Source: a virus (taxonomy: Duplodnaviria > Caudoviricetes). Taken from it: a stretch of DNA of 55,936 nucleotides. The stretch lies in IMG/VR virus record IMGVR_UViG_3300049205_000038, positions 1-55,936 of that record; one strand, given 5' to 3'. A program made the translations under genes and the position numbers. Positions within the stretch are counted from its first letter, which is position 1; every line of letters begins with the position of its first letter. A model generated the notes under the pieces. That model was given only the letters and a program-made list of their open reading frames with translations, had not been told where the DNA came from and ran no database searches. Of this stretch, positions 15,656 to 25,300 are shown one piece after another.

Positions 15656-17245
15656 GTGCTGATCCACCCTGGCCACAAGGCCATCGTGCTGAAGCTGAAG
15701 GAACCGGAGCGGGTGACCACGGTCATCCCGACGGCGAAGCCGTTCTTGTGGCGCGGCGAGCAGTTCGTCGCCATCCCGCACAAGCTCGACGAGGTGAAGG
15801 TTCTCAGGAACCTGGGTCACCGCGCGCCGTCGCCGGTCCTGCACCACTATCGGTGGCCGGGGCGTTACGCGCCGTTCTATGCGCAGCGCGAGACCGTAGA
15901 CTTCCTGACACTGAACAAGCGTGCGTTCGTGCTCAACGACATGGGCACCGGCAAAACCCTCAGCGTGCTGTGGGCTTACGACTATTTGAAGAACCTCGGG
16001 CTCGCCAGGAAACTCCTGGTGGTCTGCCCGCTGTCGACCATGGAGCGGACCTGGGGCGACGAGATCTTCGAGCACTTCCCGCACCTGACCTTCCGGGTGC
16101 TCTACGGCACCCGCGAACGGCGGCTGCAGCATCTCTCTCAGGACGTGGACATCTACATCGTCAACCACCACGGGCTGGAGATCATCCGGCCGGCGCTGGA
16201 CCAGCGCCAGGACATCGACGTGGTGGTGCTCGACGAGGTGGCGGTCTACCGCAACGCCAGCACCAAGCTGTGGAAGGTGGCCAACGGTGCGATCAAGGGC
16301 CGTCCCTGGGTGTGGGGTCTGACCGGCACGCCCACCCCGAACGAGCCGACCGACGCCTGGGCGCAGTGCCGGCTGATCAGCCCCGAGCGCGTGCCGCGCT
16401 ACTTCGGCGCGTTCCGGGACACGGTGATGCAGCAGTTCGGGCAGTTCAAATGGCTGCCGCGGGTGGACGCCACCGACCAAGTCTACCGCGCCATGCAGCC
16501 GGCGATCCGCTTCACCCGCGACCAGTGCATGGACCTGCCGCCGGCGATCTACCAGACGCGCCACGCGGCGATGACGCCGGAGCAGGCCAAAGCCTACAAG
16601 GACATGGTCGCCCAGCTGTTCACCGAGTTCCAGGGCGATCAGGTGCAGGCCGTCAACGAGGCGGTGAAGATGGGCAAGCTGGTGCAGATCGCCTGCGGAG
16701 TGGTCTACGGCACCAACGGCCAGGAGGTGCTGCTGCCCACCAAGCCGCGGCTCGACGAGCTGAAGGATGTGATCCAGCAGGCCGGGTCGAAGGTGATCGT
16801 GTTCGTGCCCTATAAGGCGGTGCTCGCCTGGGTGGCCGACGAGCTGGAGAAGCTGTGGCCGGCGCAGACGGTGGCCGCCAAGATCGCCCTGCAGCCGAAC
16901 CCGATGGTCGGGCGGATCTCCGGCGACGTGCCGAAGGCCGAGCGCGACCGGGTGTTCAGCGCGTTCCAGAAGGGTGGCATGCAGGTGCTGGTCGCCCAGC
17001 CGGCGGCGATGTCCCACGGCCTGACCCTGACGGCGGCCAGCACGATCGTCTGGTACGCGCCGGTCACCAGCCACGATGTCTACCAGCAGGCCAACGCCCG
17101 CATCACCCGGCCCGGCCAGAAGCTCACGCAGTTCATCGTCCACCTGGAGGGCACCGAGGTGGAGCGGCGGATCTACAAGCGGCTGCAGGGCAAGGAAAAG
17201 ATGCAGGGCCTGCTGCTGGAAACCGTGAAGGAAAATTTCCGCTAG
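15656..17245 (+). CDS. SNF2-family (SF2) helicase
   Basis: DMGTGKT, VVCPLS, VLDE, LTGTP, HGLTLT, QQANARITRPGQ. Confidence 0.93.
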   Translation: MLIHPGHKAIVLKLKEPERVTTVIPTAKPFLWRGEQFVAIPHKLDEVKVLRNLGHRAPSPVLHHYRWPGRYAPFYAQRETVDFLTLNKRAFVLNDMGTGKTLSVLWAYDYLKNLGLARKLLVVCPLSTMERTWGDEIFEHFPHLTFRVLYGTRERRLQHLSQDVDIYIVNHHGLEIIRPALDQRQDIDVVVLDEVAVYRNASTKLWKVANGAIKGRPWVWGLTGTPTPNEPTDAWAQCRLISPERVPRYFGAFRDTVMQQFGQFKWLPRVDATDQVYRAMQPAIRFTRDQCMDLPPAIYQTRHAAMTPEQAKAYKDMVAQLFTEFQGDQVQAVNEAVKMGKLVQIACGVVYGTNGQEVLLPTKPRLDELKDVIQQAGSKVIVFVPYKAVLAWVADELEKLWPAQTVAAKIALQPNPMVGRISGDVPKAERDRVFSAFQKGGMQVLVAQPAAMSHGLTLTAASTIVWYAPVTSHDVYQQANARITRPGQKLTQFIVHLEGTEVERRIYKRLQGKEKMQGLLLETVKENFR

Positions 17246-17275
17246 TTGACAACCGGCTAACACATAGCGTAAACC
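17246..17275 (+). promoter_or_regulatory. sigma70-type promoter
   Basis: TTGACA-18 bp-TAAACC, with GCTAAC in the spacer. Confidence 0.55.
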
Positions 17276-17302
17276 TCTTTACAGAAAGAAAGGAACGATC
17301 CC

Positions 17303-17713
17303 ATGTCCGAACCCGCGGCTGAGGCCCAAGGCCCGCAGCTCCAGAGCCTGATCGGGAAGTACATCAAGCTGCGTGACAAAAAGGCGCAGCTGGCCAGTGA
17401 CTTCAAGGGCACCGTCGGCCAGATCGACGACGTGCTGAAGACGGTCGAGGCGGCCATCCTGGTCGAGTTCGGGCGCATCGGCGTCGACAGCGTAGGCACA
17501 CCCTTCGGCACCGCCTATAAGACCACCAAGACCAGCGCCACCGTTGGCGACTGGGATGCGCTCCTGAATTTCATCCAGGACCAGGAGGCGTGGCACCTGC
17601 TGAACAAAGCCGTCAACAAGACCGCGGTGCAGGAGTACCGCGAGCAGCACAACGACATCCCGCCCGGCGTCGCCTGGGGTGAGGAGATCGTCGTCCAAGT
17701 CCGTCGCTCTTAA
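17303..17713 (+). CDS. conserved phage replication-module protein (coiled coil)
   Basis: YIKLRD...T.FGTAY...V.DW...PPGV pattern, typically found next to phage SSB and helicase genes. Confidence 0.75.
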   Translation: MSEPAAEAQGPQLQSLIGKYIKLRDKKAQLASDFKGTVGQIDDVLKTVEAAILVEFGRIGVDSVGTPFGTAYKTTKTSATVGDWDALLNFIQDQEAWHLLNKAVNKTAVQEYREQHNDIPPGVAWGEEIVVQVRRS

Positions 17714-17722
17714 GAGGAACCC

Positions 17723-18805
17723 ATGACCGACCTGACCGTAACCAACAGCGCACTCCCCGCGCACCTGCAGACCCTGTTCGGCGGGGCCGAGGTGAACGAC
17801 GATATGACCGCCGGCGTGTCCGGGGGTTATCCGATCATCTCCTACCGCGGCAAGGTGTGGGCCATCAGCCGCGGCGGTGAGCGCACCATCATCGTCAACG
17901 AGGAGGGCGACCCGCGCGCCTCGATCGAGGTGGTGCTGATCAAGGCCAACCCGAACGTCTCGAAGATATACTACCCGGCCGGCTATGAGGAAGGCTCGAA
18001 CGACAAGCCGACCTGCTACTCGAACGACGGGATCACGCCGGGCCTGGACGCCGAGGAGCGGCAGGCCGAGAAGTGCGCCGTCTGCCCGCACAACCAGTGG
18101 GGCTCGCGGATCTCCGAGACCGGGGCCAAGGGCAAGGCATGCTCCGACAGCCGACGGGTGGCCGTGGCCTCGCCGCAGGACCTGGAAGACGTGATGCTGC
18201 TGCGCATACCGGCCGCCTCCCTGCGCGAGCTGGCCGACTATGGCAAGGGCCTGTCCAAGCGGGGCGTGCCCTATCAGGCGCTGACCACCAAGGTTCGCTT
18301 CGATCCCGAGAGCGCCTACCCGAAGATGCTGTTCCAACCGTCGCGCTGGCTGACGCAGGAGGAGGCCGAAGTCGCCGCCGAGCTGCGCGACAGCACGCTG
18401 GTGGGTGACATCACCACCCTGACCATGTCCCGGGCGGCCGGCGATGTGGCGGCGGTGGCGGCGCAGCCCGAGGCGGACCCGCTGGCGGCGCTGGGCCCGC
18501 GGCCGGACTTCGTCCCGCCGACCACGGCGACGGCGGCTCCTGCGCCGGCTCCTGCCGCGACGACGACGGCGTCCACCCCGCGGCGGGGTCGGCCTCCGAA
18601 GGCGGCGGTGACCCAGGAGCAGGTGAACGCCGCGCTGGGCGGTCAGCCGGCTCCGGCCACGTCCACCGGCCTGGGGGCTACGGAAGCCCCGGCTCCGGTG
18701 CAGGCGGCTCCGGTCGCCGAGCCCGCGCCGCAGACCAACACCCTGGTCGCGGCGGCCGAGCAGTCCCTGGACGAGCTCCTGGGCAGCCTGGGCCTGGACG
18801 ATTGA
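17723..18805 (+). CDS. putative ssDNA-binding/recombination protein with Zn finger
   Basis: PTCYSNDG...CAVCPHNQWGS...GKACS..RR; Ala/Pro linker and acidic C-terminal tip (LDELLGSLGLDD). Confidence 0.7.
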   Translation: MTDLTVTNSALPAHLQTLFGGAEVNDDMTAGVSGGYPIISYRGKVWAISRGGERTIIVNEEGDPRASIEVVLIKANPNVSKIYYPAGYEEGSNDKPTCYSNDGITPGLDAEERQAEKCAVCPHNQWGSRISETGAKGKACSDSRRVAVASPQDLEDVMLLRIPAASLRELADYGKGLSKRGVPYQALTTKVRFDPESAYPKMLFQPSRWLTQEEAEVAAELRDSTLVGDITTLTMSRAAGDVAAVAAQPEADPLAALGPRPDFVPPTTATAAPAPAPAATTTASTPRRGRPPKAAVTQEQVNAALGGQPAPATSTGLGATEAPAPVQAAPVAEPAPQTNTLVAAAEQSLDELLGSLGLDD

Positions 18806-18812
18806 TCCCGCA

Positions 18813-18834
18813 GGGGGCCGGTCACCCGGCCCCC
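18813..18834 (+). terminator. hairpin after the SSB-like gene
   Basis: GGGGCCGG-TCAC-CCGGCCCC; no clear U-tract. Confidence 0.4.
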
Positions 18835-18852
18835 TCACCTTGTGAGGTTCCG

Positions 18853-19104
18853 ATGGATTTCAAGCCTGCCCACGACGCGAAGCTCGGCCCCACCGATCTC
18901 GCCCGCCTGCTCGATGTCAGCCGGGTCGCCGCCAGCGGCTGGCTTAACGGGCACACCGACCCTCACAACCTGCTAACACAGCGGGTCTCCCGGTTGCTTG
19001 ACAAGATCGGACGCGCGGTGTCGGCTGGAGAGCTCCCCGCCCCGTCCAGCGTGAGGCGCGCGGAACGGGCGATGTACATCCGAAAGGTGCTGGCCAAGTT
19101 CTGA
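18853..19104 (+). CDS. XRE/Cro-like HTH protein
   Basis: Start re-called to ATG 18853 after GAGG; LGPTDLARLLDVSRVAASGWLNG. Confidence 0.8.
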   Translation: MDFKPAHDAKLGPTDLARLLDVSRVAASGWLNGHTDPHNLLTQRVSRLLDKIGRAVSAGELPAPSSVRRAERAMYIRKVLAKF

Positions 19105-19138
19105 CCCGGGTCGGACTGGTCTCCGACAGGGGCATAGG

Positions 19139-22120
19139 TTGCTTACAGAGGAATTTCTCGACCTGATCCTGCCGGCTGACGGCTGGATGGCGCTGGCGCT
19201 TCCGCTGGCGGGTGGCGGCTTCAAGCACCACTGGTACAGCGACACCCAGGCGATGGCCGCGGCTGCGCGCGGGTTCGACGCCAAGGGGCTCAACGTCTAC
19301 ATGGCGCTCGCCGGGTTCGGCGAGGAGCGCAACGCGGAGGGTCGCCGGCTCCGCACCCAGACCAACGTCGTGGCGCTGAAGGCGTTCTGGCTGGATATCG
19401 ACGTGGGCGAGGGCAAGCCCTACGCCAAGGCCAGCGACGCGCTGCGCGACGTGGTCCAATTCCAGCAGACGCTCGGCCTGCCGCAGCCGTACTGCGTCAA
19501 GAGCGGACGCGGCCTGCACATCTACTGGCCGCTGGCCGACGACATCACCCCCTCCGAATGGAAGCCGATCGCCGAGGCGCTGAAGCTCGCCGTCGCCGAG
19601 TTCGGGCTGCACGCCGACCCGAGCCGCACGGCCGACCACGCCTCGGTGCTGCGCCCGATCGGCACCACCAACCGCAAGGCCGGGCGCGACCCGTCGCCGG
19701 TCGAGCTGAAGCTGCTCGGCAGCGAGGTGGACCCGGCCGACATGAGCCTGCGCCTGAGCGCCTACCTCGAAGTGCGCGGGGTGGCGCTGGATCAGGGCGC
19801 AGACGGCCTGCAGCTGCCCGCCGGCGGGCCCGCGCCGGCGATGGCGAGTGCGATCAACGCCGACCTGTCGGACGGCCTGGGCGGCTCCCTGAAGTTCGCC
19901 GACGCGATCGCCAACCGATGCGGGATCGTGGCCCTGGTCCGGGACACCAAGGGCAACGTCGACCAGCCGACGTGGTTTCACACGCTGGGGGTCCTGGCGT
20001 TCTGCGAGGATGGCGACGCCAAGGCGCATGAGTGGAGCGCCGGCCACCCCGACTACACGGTCCAGGAGACCGACAGGAAACTCGCCCAGGTCCGCGCCAA
20101 GCAGACCGGGCCGACGCTGTGCAGCAAGCTGGGGCAGGACCAGCCGGCGCTCTGCAAGGTGTGCCCTCACGCCGGCCGGATCAAGACGCCGGCGGTGCTG
20201 GGCATGATCCAGCAGCAGGGCTCCACGCCCATCACACCACCTGCGCCGCTTGTCGTCCTGTCAGCGTCGTCGGGTTCGATGCAGTCGCCGACGGCCGCGG
20301 CTTATCCGGCTGACTTCCGGTGGCAGATGGATATCAAGATGCAGCGTCAAACGCTGCAGAAGTGCGTAAGCTATGATGAAGTTGCTAAGGCTTATGTATT
20401 CGAGACGTTCTGCCTTAGCGAGTTTCGACCTATATCCCGCGTGGTTCATGAGGGTGTCGCCGCGATCGAGTTCGAGCGTAAGCTTCCACAGAACCTAGGG
20501 GTTGAGCGTTTCGTGCTGACCGGATCGCAGATCGGCAAGGGCAAGGAAGCCTGGGCGGGACCGCTGGGCGACAATGAGATCGCGATCTACGGAAAGAACG
20601 GCGCAGCACACATGGACGCCTTGCTGAAACGCTGGATGCACCAGCTCACCGAAACCGCTGCGCGAGTGCAGACGCACACCGCCTTCGGCTGGACCGAGCA
20701 GGGCGAGTTCGTGCTCGGCGATCGCGTGCTGCAGCCGGGCGGGCGCACCTCGCGCGCCATCCTCTCCGGCGTGGCCAAGCAGATGGGCCCGGCCTTTACG
20801 CCGATCGGCGATGTGCAGGTGTGGGCCAACACGGTCGATCAGATATACAACGCCCCTGGCCAGGAGGCGTACCAGTTCATGGTCATGTGCGGGTTCGCCG
20901 CGCCGCTGCTGCGCATGCTGCAGAAGGTCGACGGGCTCACCGTCTACGCCCACTCCGAAGGCTCCGGCGTGGGCAAGACCACGGCCGCCCAGGCGGCGCT
21001 GTCGATATGGGGCGACCCTGACGACCTGCAGCTGAGCGAGGGCAAGGCCACCGGCAACGCGCTGTGGGCGATCATGGGCGTGAACAAGTCGGTGCCGGTG
21101 CTGTTCGACGAGCTCACCAACATGGATCCGCGCACGGCCTCGGAGCTGGTGTTCTCGGTCTCCTCCGGCCGGTCCAAGCAGCGGCTGAAGTCGGATGGCG
21201 AGCTGCGGCAGAACAACGCCAACTGGAAGACCATCATGCTCGCGACGGGGAACAACCTCCTGAGCGAGAAGCTGGCCGCCCACCGCGCCAACGCCGACGC
21301 CGAGCTGTCGCGGCTGTTCGAGTACACGCTGCGCGCCACCCCGCACCTGTCGCCCAACGACGCCGCCACCCTGGTGCCGCTGCTGGCCTCGAACCATGGC
21401 GTGGCCGGCGAGGTGTACATCCGCTACGTGATCGAGAACTACGCGGCGATCGAGACCCAACTGGCGCAGGTGCGCAGCGCCTTCACCACCCAGGCGAACA
21501 TCAGCCAGAAGGAACGCTTCTGGTCGGCGCTGATGGCCGCCGTGCTGATGTCCCTGTCGATATCCAACAAGCTCGGGCTGACGCGGTTCGACGCCAAGGG
21601 GTTGAAGGCATGGATGGTCGAGCGGCTGCAGGAGAACCGCACCGTGCGGGTCGAGAGCGCCGGCAACCCGCTCGACGTGGTCGGCAAGATGCTCAACGAC
21701 CTGCTGCCGGGCGTCCTGGTCACGCTGGGCGAGGGCGACCTGCGGCGGGTGGGTGGCGCGGCTTCGGTCCTGGTGCGGCCGATGGGGGCGCTGCTCGGCC
21801 GGGCGATCCAGCCCACCGACCCTGCGACGCAACAACGCATCCTGATGATCTCGGACAGCGCCATCCGCACCTGGGCCGTCAAGAACATGGTGTCGGCGCG
21901 GGAGCTTATCGAAACCGCGGTGGCCGCCGGGTGGATGGATGCGACACCGATGCACTACTCCCTAGGCAAGGGCACGCTTGAGTACAGCACCAGCTCCAGC
22001 TACATCCCTGTGCGGAAGATGTTCCCAGACAAAATGGGAGCGCAGTCGGGCGGGGGGGATGTCCTCACGCGACTACAATTAGTCGGGGGTCAAGATGCTG
22101 CAGCTGGTGGTCGACAATGA
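19139..22120 (+). CDS. primase-helicase (AEP-type primase, Zn region, DUF927/SF3-like helicase)
   Basis: FWLDID, SGRGLHIYW, LRPIGT; C...C..CPH; FGW, SGVGKTT, LFDELT. Confidence 0.9.
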   Translation: MLTEEFLDLILPADGWMALALPLAGGGFKHHWYSDTQAMAAAARGFDAKGLNVYMALAGFGEERNAEGRRLRTQTNVVALKAFWLDIDVGEGKPYAKASDALRDVVQFQQTLGLPQPYCVKSGRGLHIYWPLADDITPSEWKPIAEALKLAVAEFGLHADPSRTADHASVLRPIGTTNRKAGRDPSPVELKLLGSEVDPADMSLRLSAYLEVRGVALDQGADGLQLPAGGPAPAMASAINADLSDGLGGSLKFADAIANRCGIVALVRDTKGNVDQPTWFHTLGVLAFCEDGDAKAHEWSAGHPDYTVQETDRKLAQVRAKQTGPTLCSKLGQDQPALCKVCPHAGRIKTPAVLGMIQQQGSTPITPPAPLVVLSASSGSMQSPTAAAYPADFRWQMDIKMQRQTLQKCVSYDEVAKAYVFETFCLSEFRPISRVVHEGVAAIEFERKLPQNLGVERFVLTGSQIGKGKEAWAGPLGDNEIAIYGKNGAAHMDALLKRWMHQLTETAARVQTHTAFGWTEQGEFVLGDRVLQPGGRTSRAILSGVAKQMGPAFTPIGDVQVWANTVDQIYNAPGQEAYQFMVMCGFAAPLLRMLQKVDGLTVYAHSEGSGVGKTTAAQAALSIWGDPDDLQLSEGKATGNALWAIMGVNKSVPVLFDELTNMDPRTASELVFSVSSGRSKQRLKSDGELRQNNANWKTIMLATGNNLLSEKLAAHRANADAELSRLFEYTLRATPHLSPNDAATLVPLLASNHGVAGEVYIRYVIENYAAIETQLAQVRSAFTTQANISQKERFWSALMAAVLMSLSISNKLGLTRFDAKGLKAWMVERLQENRTVRVESAGNPLDVVGKMLNDLLPGVLVTLGEGDLRRVGGAASVLVRPMGALLGRAIQPTDPATQQRILMISDSAIRTWAVKNMVSARELIETAVAAGWMDATPMHYSLGKGTLEYSTSSSYIPVRKMFPDKMGAQSGGGDVLTRLQLVGGQDAAAGGRQ

Positions 22121-22277
22121 CGCCGCTGAAGTAAGTGTTAACGAGGAAGTCACCGCGATCCTGCGCGGTGTTGACTTGAGTTATTCGCCCACTGCCGCAG
22201 CCATCGCCGCGGGTCTGGCGACCACTATCTTCAGTCCTGCTAACGATTACGGGTTGGACGACGCCGCCTTCGGCTAA
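22095..22277 (+). CDS. hypothetical protein
   Basis: Fills the gap where the two arms converge. Confidence 0.35.
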   Translation: MLQLVVDNDAAEVSVNEEVTAILRGVDLSYSPTAAAIAAGLATTIFSPANDYGLDDAAFG

Positions 22278-22311
22278 GTCGACTGCCCGAACCATAGGCT
22301 CAATGGCCGGC

Positions 22312-25300
22312 TCAGTCCTCTGAGCCGGCCATTTGCTTTACGAACCCTCGGTTCTGCTTGGTGGTGGGGACGCCAGCGATGACCTGGGCCTCCCGCTTGG
22401 CCTGCTCGCGCGGGGCCTTCAGCAGGGTGGCCATCGGCTGGCGCTTGAAGCCCTGGCGCTGGCGGGCGGCCTGCAGCTCCTCCCACTCGGCGCGCAGCTT
22501 GGCCATCGCCTGGGTGTCGCGCGCCTCCGCGGCCCGCGCGTAGCGGCGCTTCAGGTGGGTGGTCTCGTCCTTGTAGTGCTCGCCGGCCTGGAACGCGGCG
22601 CTGCGGCGCTCGGACTGGTCGGCGAGCTGCGACGGCTGGAAGCCCAGCACCGCCAGCACCGAGGCCGCCGCGTCGATCTCCTCGGGCTTCAGCAGCCGAT
22701 CGCCGCTCTTGGTCTCCACCCCACGGGTCTCCAGCCGGGCGGCCTTCAGCGAGCCCTGGATGACGCCGGTGGGGGCGATCGCTTCGAGGGCGCGGTAGTA
22801 GTCCTGGTCGCGCAGGAACTCGGCCCCGTCGACCAGCTTGCCGCCGATCCCCATCAGCGCGCCGCCGGCGATCTGGCCGACCGTGGCCGCGAAGCTGTCG
22901 CGATCCTTCAGCGCCGTCGGCGCGTCGGTGTAGGGGAACAGGGCGGTCATGTTCGACATGCCCACCTTGCCGCTCATGTCGACGCCGCCGGCGTAGGGCG
23001 CGCCCTTGTACAGCAGGTCGCTGAACCACTGCGGGAAGCCCTGGCTGTCGAGCCATTTGTGCAGGCTGGTCTCCCAGTCCTTCCAGTCCTTGTCGTCGCC
23101 GGTGGCCGCGCCGATCAGCATCATCACGATCGGGCCCAAGGTGGCGGCGGCCGGCATGCCGACCAAGCCGGTGAGCACGCCAGCGTGCGCCAGCGTGAAG
23201 GCCAGCGCCTTCATCGCCAGCATGCGCTGTTCCTTGGTCTCGCCGCTCAGGCTCTGGTTGACCAGCCGCACCATGTACGCGGCCTGGATCAGCTGGAACT
23301 TGCGGAACTGCAGGGCGATCTTGCCGAAGCCGCCCAGCCGGGTCATCGCGCCCGGGGCGTTAAAGCCGGAATAGTCGCCGTGGGTCTCGAAGATCACCTT
23401 CGAGGCGTACTCTCGCGCCGCCGCCTCGCTGTCGCCCAGCGCCTTGGCCGAACGGTAGGCGGCGATGCCGGTGACCACCCGGTTCAGGGTCTCGATGTTC
23501 TGCGGCAGGTAGCGCAGGACGCTGTCGACGGCGTTCCAGGCGGTCGGAAGCACACCTTCGCCCCCCATCTGCCAGTCGCCCAGCTCCTGGCTCAGGCCGG
23601 CGTCCAGGCGGCCGCGGTCGAGCAGATGCTGTAGCAGATCCTTCACGTCGGCCGGCGCGTCGTCGAGCTTCATCCGCTCACTGATCGAGCGGAACATCGG
23701 CGCGACTTCCCGGTAGGCGCGCATGAACTGGGCCTGCGCCTTCATATAGCCGACGCGTCCGGCCACCAGGGGCACGGACATCTGCTCGACCTGCATCAGG
23801 TTGGTCGCGTAGTAGGCCGGGCTCAGCAGCAGGTTCCACACCGACACGCCCCGGGTGATCTTGTTCACCAAGCGGTGCGGCGGCAGGTTCAACTGGCTGG
23901 TGTAGCGGTACATCAGGCTGTTGCGCAGCCGCTCGGCGGAGGTGCGGTCCTTGTCGGCCACGCCCTGGGCTTCCTTGGCCATGTCGCGGATGGCCTTGGA
24001 GATCTCCGGGGCGTTGTGCAGCGCGGCGATGAAGTGGGTGGTCGCCTGCCCGTGGGTGACGAACGCCTTCATCATGTCCAGCTTCTCGCCGGTCACCGGA
24101 TCGGTGGCGTCCACCCGGAACGACTTCAGCTCGCTCTTGCGCGCCGAGGCTTCGGCCAGGGAGTGCAGGTACAGGTCGCGCGCGAGGCGGGCCAGGGATT
24201 TGTTGGCGTCGCTGGGGTCGGCGGCGACCATCCCTTGGACCTTGCCCATGATATCGCCGAACGCGAGGTAGATCTCCGCGCCGCTGATGTCGGCGTCGGT
24301 GACCTTCGACCGCTGGAAGTACTGCGCGTGCGCATATTTCTCGGCGACCTTGGCGCGCATGGCGTCGGCCTCGTAGCCGGTGTCGTAGAAGTTGGCCCAG
24401 TAGTGGTCGGGGTTCGAGCGCAGCTCGTCCATCACCTTGCTGTCGCCGGCGTCCTTGGCGGCCTTGTACTGGGCGCTCATGCCGATCACCGCCCAGTCGC
24501 CGGAGCGGCGGCGCGGCGCGTAGGGCACGTTCGGGTCGGCGTCGTGGATCCGCGAGACCATCTTCAAGGCGCGCGCCTTGCGGTCCTGCAGGATCTTGCG
24601 CTCCTCGGGGCTCTGGGCGGCGGCGATGTCCGGGTCGAACTCGGCGTTGATCCGGCTGTTCAGGCCAGTCAGCAGCTGGGCGCGGGTCTCATGGCCGTGG
24701 TTGAACACCGCCCGCACTGTGGCCTGGGCCTTCGGCGGCAGCGCGTCATAGGCGGCCTTCAGCTCGGGATCGAGCGTGACCGGCGTCTTGATCCAGGCCG
24801 GCTGGAACGCCCACGCCTTACGCTGGGTCATGTTGTCCAGCAGGGCGTTGACCGAGCCCTTGCCGGTTCCGCGCACCTTGGCTTCGAGATCCTGGTAGTC
24901 CCGCTTGATATCGAGCAGGCGCTCCTCGAACTGGCGCGCGATCGCGTGGCTGCGCGAGTTCAGCTCGATGAACCGCTTGGCGCTGGGCATGAAGTTGCGG
25001 GCCAGCGCCGCCACGTCTTCGGTGAAGGTCACCCCGATGTGGCCGGCTTTGCCCGCCAGCTCCAGGCTCTTGACGATGGCGTGGACCGGCGCGGCCAGGG
25101 GCTCGGGCAGCTCGATGCGGGCGGCCTTCGCCGCGGCGTCGATCTTGCCGTCCAGGCGCGAGGTGCCGCGCTGCCGGCGGCCGATCGCACCTGAGCGGAT
25201 GTCGTTGAGAATGTCCTCGCCGCTGCTGTAGCCAGCGTTGGTGAACACCTGCCGGATGGCGCGGATGAAGTCACGGATCCGCTGCATCAGCGCGGCCGCC

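Noticed and set aside
1400-17303. Shared AAAGG-N-AC(T)A(T)CC-ATG sequence before many early genes
   Set aside because: Adequately explained as a Shine-Dalgarno sequence plus an unstructured spacer.
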